From an uncultured Acidobacteriota bacterium (GTDB lineage: Bacteria; Acidobacteriota; Vicinamibacteria; Fen-336), in NCBI GenBank assembly GCA_963720545.1, contig OY970399.1, forward strand, positions 3,904,001 through 3,968,000: a stretch of DNA of 64,000 nt, given 5' to 3'. The translations under genes and the position numbers were made by a program. Within the stretch, counting starts at the first letter, position 1, and each line of letters begins with the position of its first letter. Positions 62,159 to 64,000 of the stretch are shown here, in pieces. The notes beneath the pieces were generated by a model. That model was not told the DNA's origin. It saw nothing but the letters and a program-made list of their open reading frames with translations, and did no database searches.

Positions 62159-63468
62159 GCGCACGGGCGGGCAGCGCACCGCGACCCGGCCACTGGTACG
62201 GGCACCTCTACTTCCAGGTCCTCACCGCCATCACGCTGGGCGCGTTGCTCGGGCACTTCTGGCCGGCCACGGGGGCTGCGATGAAGCCGCTCGGCGACGG
62301 GTTCATTCGCCTGGTGCGGATGATCATCGCTCCCGTCGTCTTTTGCACCGTCGTCGTGGGCATCGCGAGGATGGGCGAGATGCGGGACGTGGGCAGAATC
62401 GGCGTCAAGGCTCTCGTCTACTTCGAGGCCGCCTCGACGCTGGCGCTCGTCATCGGGCTCGTCGTGGTGAACGTCTACAAGCCGGGCGCCGGCATGAACG
62501 TCGACGTGCGCACGCTCGACGCCGGTGCGGTGTCGGCCTACAGCTCGTCGGCAACCCACCTGGGTACGGTCGACTTCTTAATGAACATCATCCCGACAAC
62601 CGTGGTGGACGCGTTCGCCAGGGGCGAGATCCTGCAGGTGCTGTTCGTGGCGCTACTCTTCGGCACCGCCTTGCTGCACGGCGGGGAGCACGCCCATAAC
62701 CTGGTGCAGATCCTCGACGACGCGACGCAGGCGCTTTTCCGCGTAGTGGCGCTCATCATGCGGCTCGCGCCGATCGGGGCTTTCGGCGCGATGGCCTTCA
62801 CCATCGGGCAATACGGCATCGGCACGTTGTTCTCGCTCGGCAAGCTGATGGCGAGCTTCTACGCCACCTGCATCCTGTTCGTGGCTCTGGTGCTCGGCAG
62901 CGTGGCGCGCTGGGCCGGCTTCTCCATCCTCCGGTTCATCGCTTACATCAAGGAAGAGATCCTGATCGTGCTCGGCACCTCGTCCTCCGAATCGGTGCTG
63001 CCGAGGATGATGCAGAAGCTCGAGAATCTCGGCTGTGCGCGCCCGGTGGTCGGCCTCGTCATCCCCACCGGCTACTCCTTCAACCTGGACGGCACGTCCA
63101 TCTACATGACGATGGCCGCCATCTTCATCGCGCAGGCCACCAACACGCCGCTCACGCTGGGCCACCAGCTCGGGATCCTGGCGATACTGCTGCTCACGTC
63201 GAAAGGCGCTGCCGCGGTGACCGGCGGGGGCTTCGTGACCCTCGCCGCGACGCTCGCGGCCATGCCGCCGCTGCCAGTCGCCGGCCTCGCCCTCATCATC
63301 GGCATCGACCGCTTCATGTCGGAAGCCCGTGCCATCACCAACCTCATCGGCAACGGCGTCGGCACTGTCGTCGTCGCCAAATGGGAGGGCGCCCTCGACA
63401 CCGCGCGCATGAAGCAGGTCCTGGCCGGCGATGCCGACCTGCCTGACGCCGAAGCGCTGGAGCCATAG
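62155..63468 (+). CDS. dctA: C4-dicarboxylate:H+ symporter
   Basis: [53 protein letters not shown]. Confidence 0.95.
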   Translation: MSARAGSAPRPGHWYGHLYFQVLTAITLGALLGHFWPATGAAMKPLGDGFIRLVRMIIAPVVFCTVVVGIARMGEMRDVGRIGVKALVYFEAASTLALVIGLVVVNVYKPGAGMNVDVRTLDAGAVSAYSSSATHLGTVDFLMNIIPTTVVDAFARGEILQVLFVALLFGTALLHGGEHAHNLVQILDDATQALFRVVALIMRLAPIGAFGAMAFTIGQYGIGTLFSLGKLMASFYATCILFVALVLGSVARWAGFSILRFIAYIKEEILIVLGTSSSESVLPRMMQKLENLGCARPVVGLVIPTGYSFNLDGTSIYMTMAAIFIAQATNTPLTLGHQLGILAILLLTSKGAAAVTGGGFVTLAATLAAMPPLPVAGLALIIGIDRFMSEARAITNLIGNGVGTVVVAKWEGALDTARMKQVLAGDADLPDAEALEP

Positions 63469-63526
63469 GCGTTCGGGGAAACGACGGCGGGCTGCTAAAA
63501 TCGCCCCTTTTGCGGGGGATTCCACG

Positions 63527-64000
63527 GTGCTGCGGGTGTTCATGGGACGGCGGCCGGCGCTCGGGGCGGGGGTGTACGTGGACCGCACCGCGCAGGTCAT
63601 CGGCGACGTGGACGCTCGGCGACCACTCGAGCGTCTGGATGAACAGCGTGGTGCGCGGCGACGTCAACTCCATCCGCATCGGCAGCGCACACGAACATCC
63701 AGGACAACTGCGTGGTGCACGTGTTCAAGGACCACGCACCCGACGGTGCTCGGCCGACCACGTCACGGTCGGCCACTCGGTGACGCTGCACGGCTGCCCA
63801 TCGGCTACTACTGCCTCATCGGCATGGGCGCGACCATCCTGAACGGCGCGACACATTGGCGAGGAGTGCGTCGTGGCGGCGCGGACGCTGGTCCCGGAAG
63901 ACGCTGTGATTCCGCCGCGCAGCCTGGTGATGGGTGTGCCGGGGAAGGTGCGGCGGGCGCAGACCACGGACGAGGAGCGCAGGGCCTGCGCCGCTACGCG
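63527..64000 (+). CDS. Gamma-class carbonic anhydrase family protein (several frameshifts; 3' end at the window edge)
   Basis: AQVIGDV, SSVW..VVRGDVNSIRIG, TNIQDNCVVH, VTVGHSVTLHGC, CLIGMGA, IPPRSLVMGVPGKV recovered across frames. Confidence 0.88.
   Translation, partial: MLRVFMGRRPALGAGVYVDRTAQVIGDVDARRPLERLDEQRGARRRQLHPHRQRTRTSRTTAWCTCSRTTHPTVLGRPRHGRPLGDAARLPIGYYCLIGMGATILNGATHWRGVRRGGADAGPGRRCDSAAQPGDGCAGEGAAGADHGRGAQGLRRYA

Overview
GC-rich bacterial chromosomal window. Gene content (an Oar-like TonB-dependent receptor, an orphan ExeA/ExeB pair, Bacteroidota/Acidobacteriota-type sdhCAB) is most compatible with an Acidobacteriota (Vicinamibacteria-like) genome; this is an inference, not a classification. 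It holds about 55 CDS, mostly housekeeping and central metabolism: recG-rsmD-coaD, serC-like/serA/icd/mdh, sdhCAB, sucCD-ndk-dcd, pruA, dctA. I saw no rRNA, tRNA, CRISPR array, integrase or transposase. Most notable: (1) a minus-strand operon at 21262..15316 encoding a membrane-anchored Zn-amidase, an actin-fold ATPase that resembles haloarchaeal volactin rather than MreB/FtsA, a transmembrane TPR/Ig-ATPase and a paralogous soluble ATPase, which may be an undescribed cell-shape or envelope system; (2) a 3.37-kb chrB-OCD-chrA cassette inserted antisense exactly at the sdhA/sdhB junction, flanked by a 10-bp direct repeat of the sdhA 3' end and carrying no recombinase; (3) a KP-43-type subtilase fused to a small C-terminal outer-membrane barrel; (4) a zinc anti-sigma factor fused, via an internal signal-peptide-like segment, to a bactofilin-like membrane protein; (5) a DnaA-box/IHF-like cluster, several clean operator palindromes, a 57-aa ORF missing from the ORF track, and near-cognate start codons. 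The many +1 frameshifts look like two-allele consensus artefacts rather than pseudogenes. All product calls come from motif recognition by eye; no searches were run.
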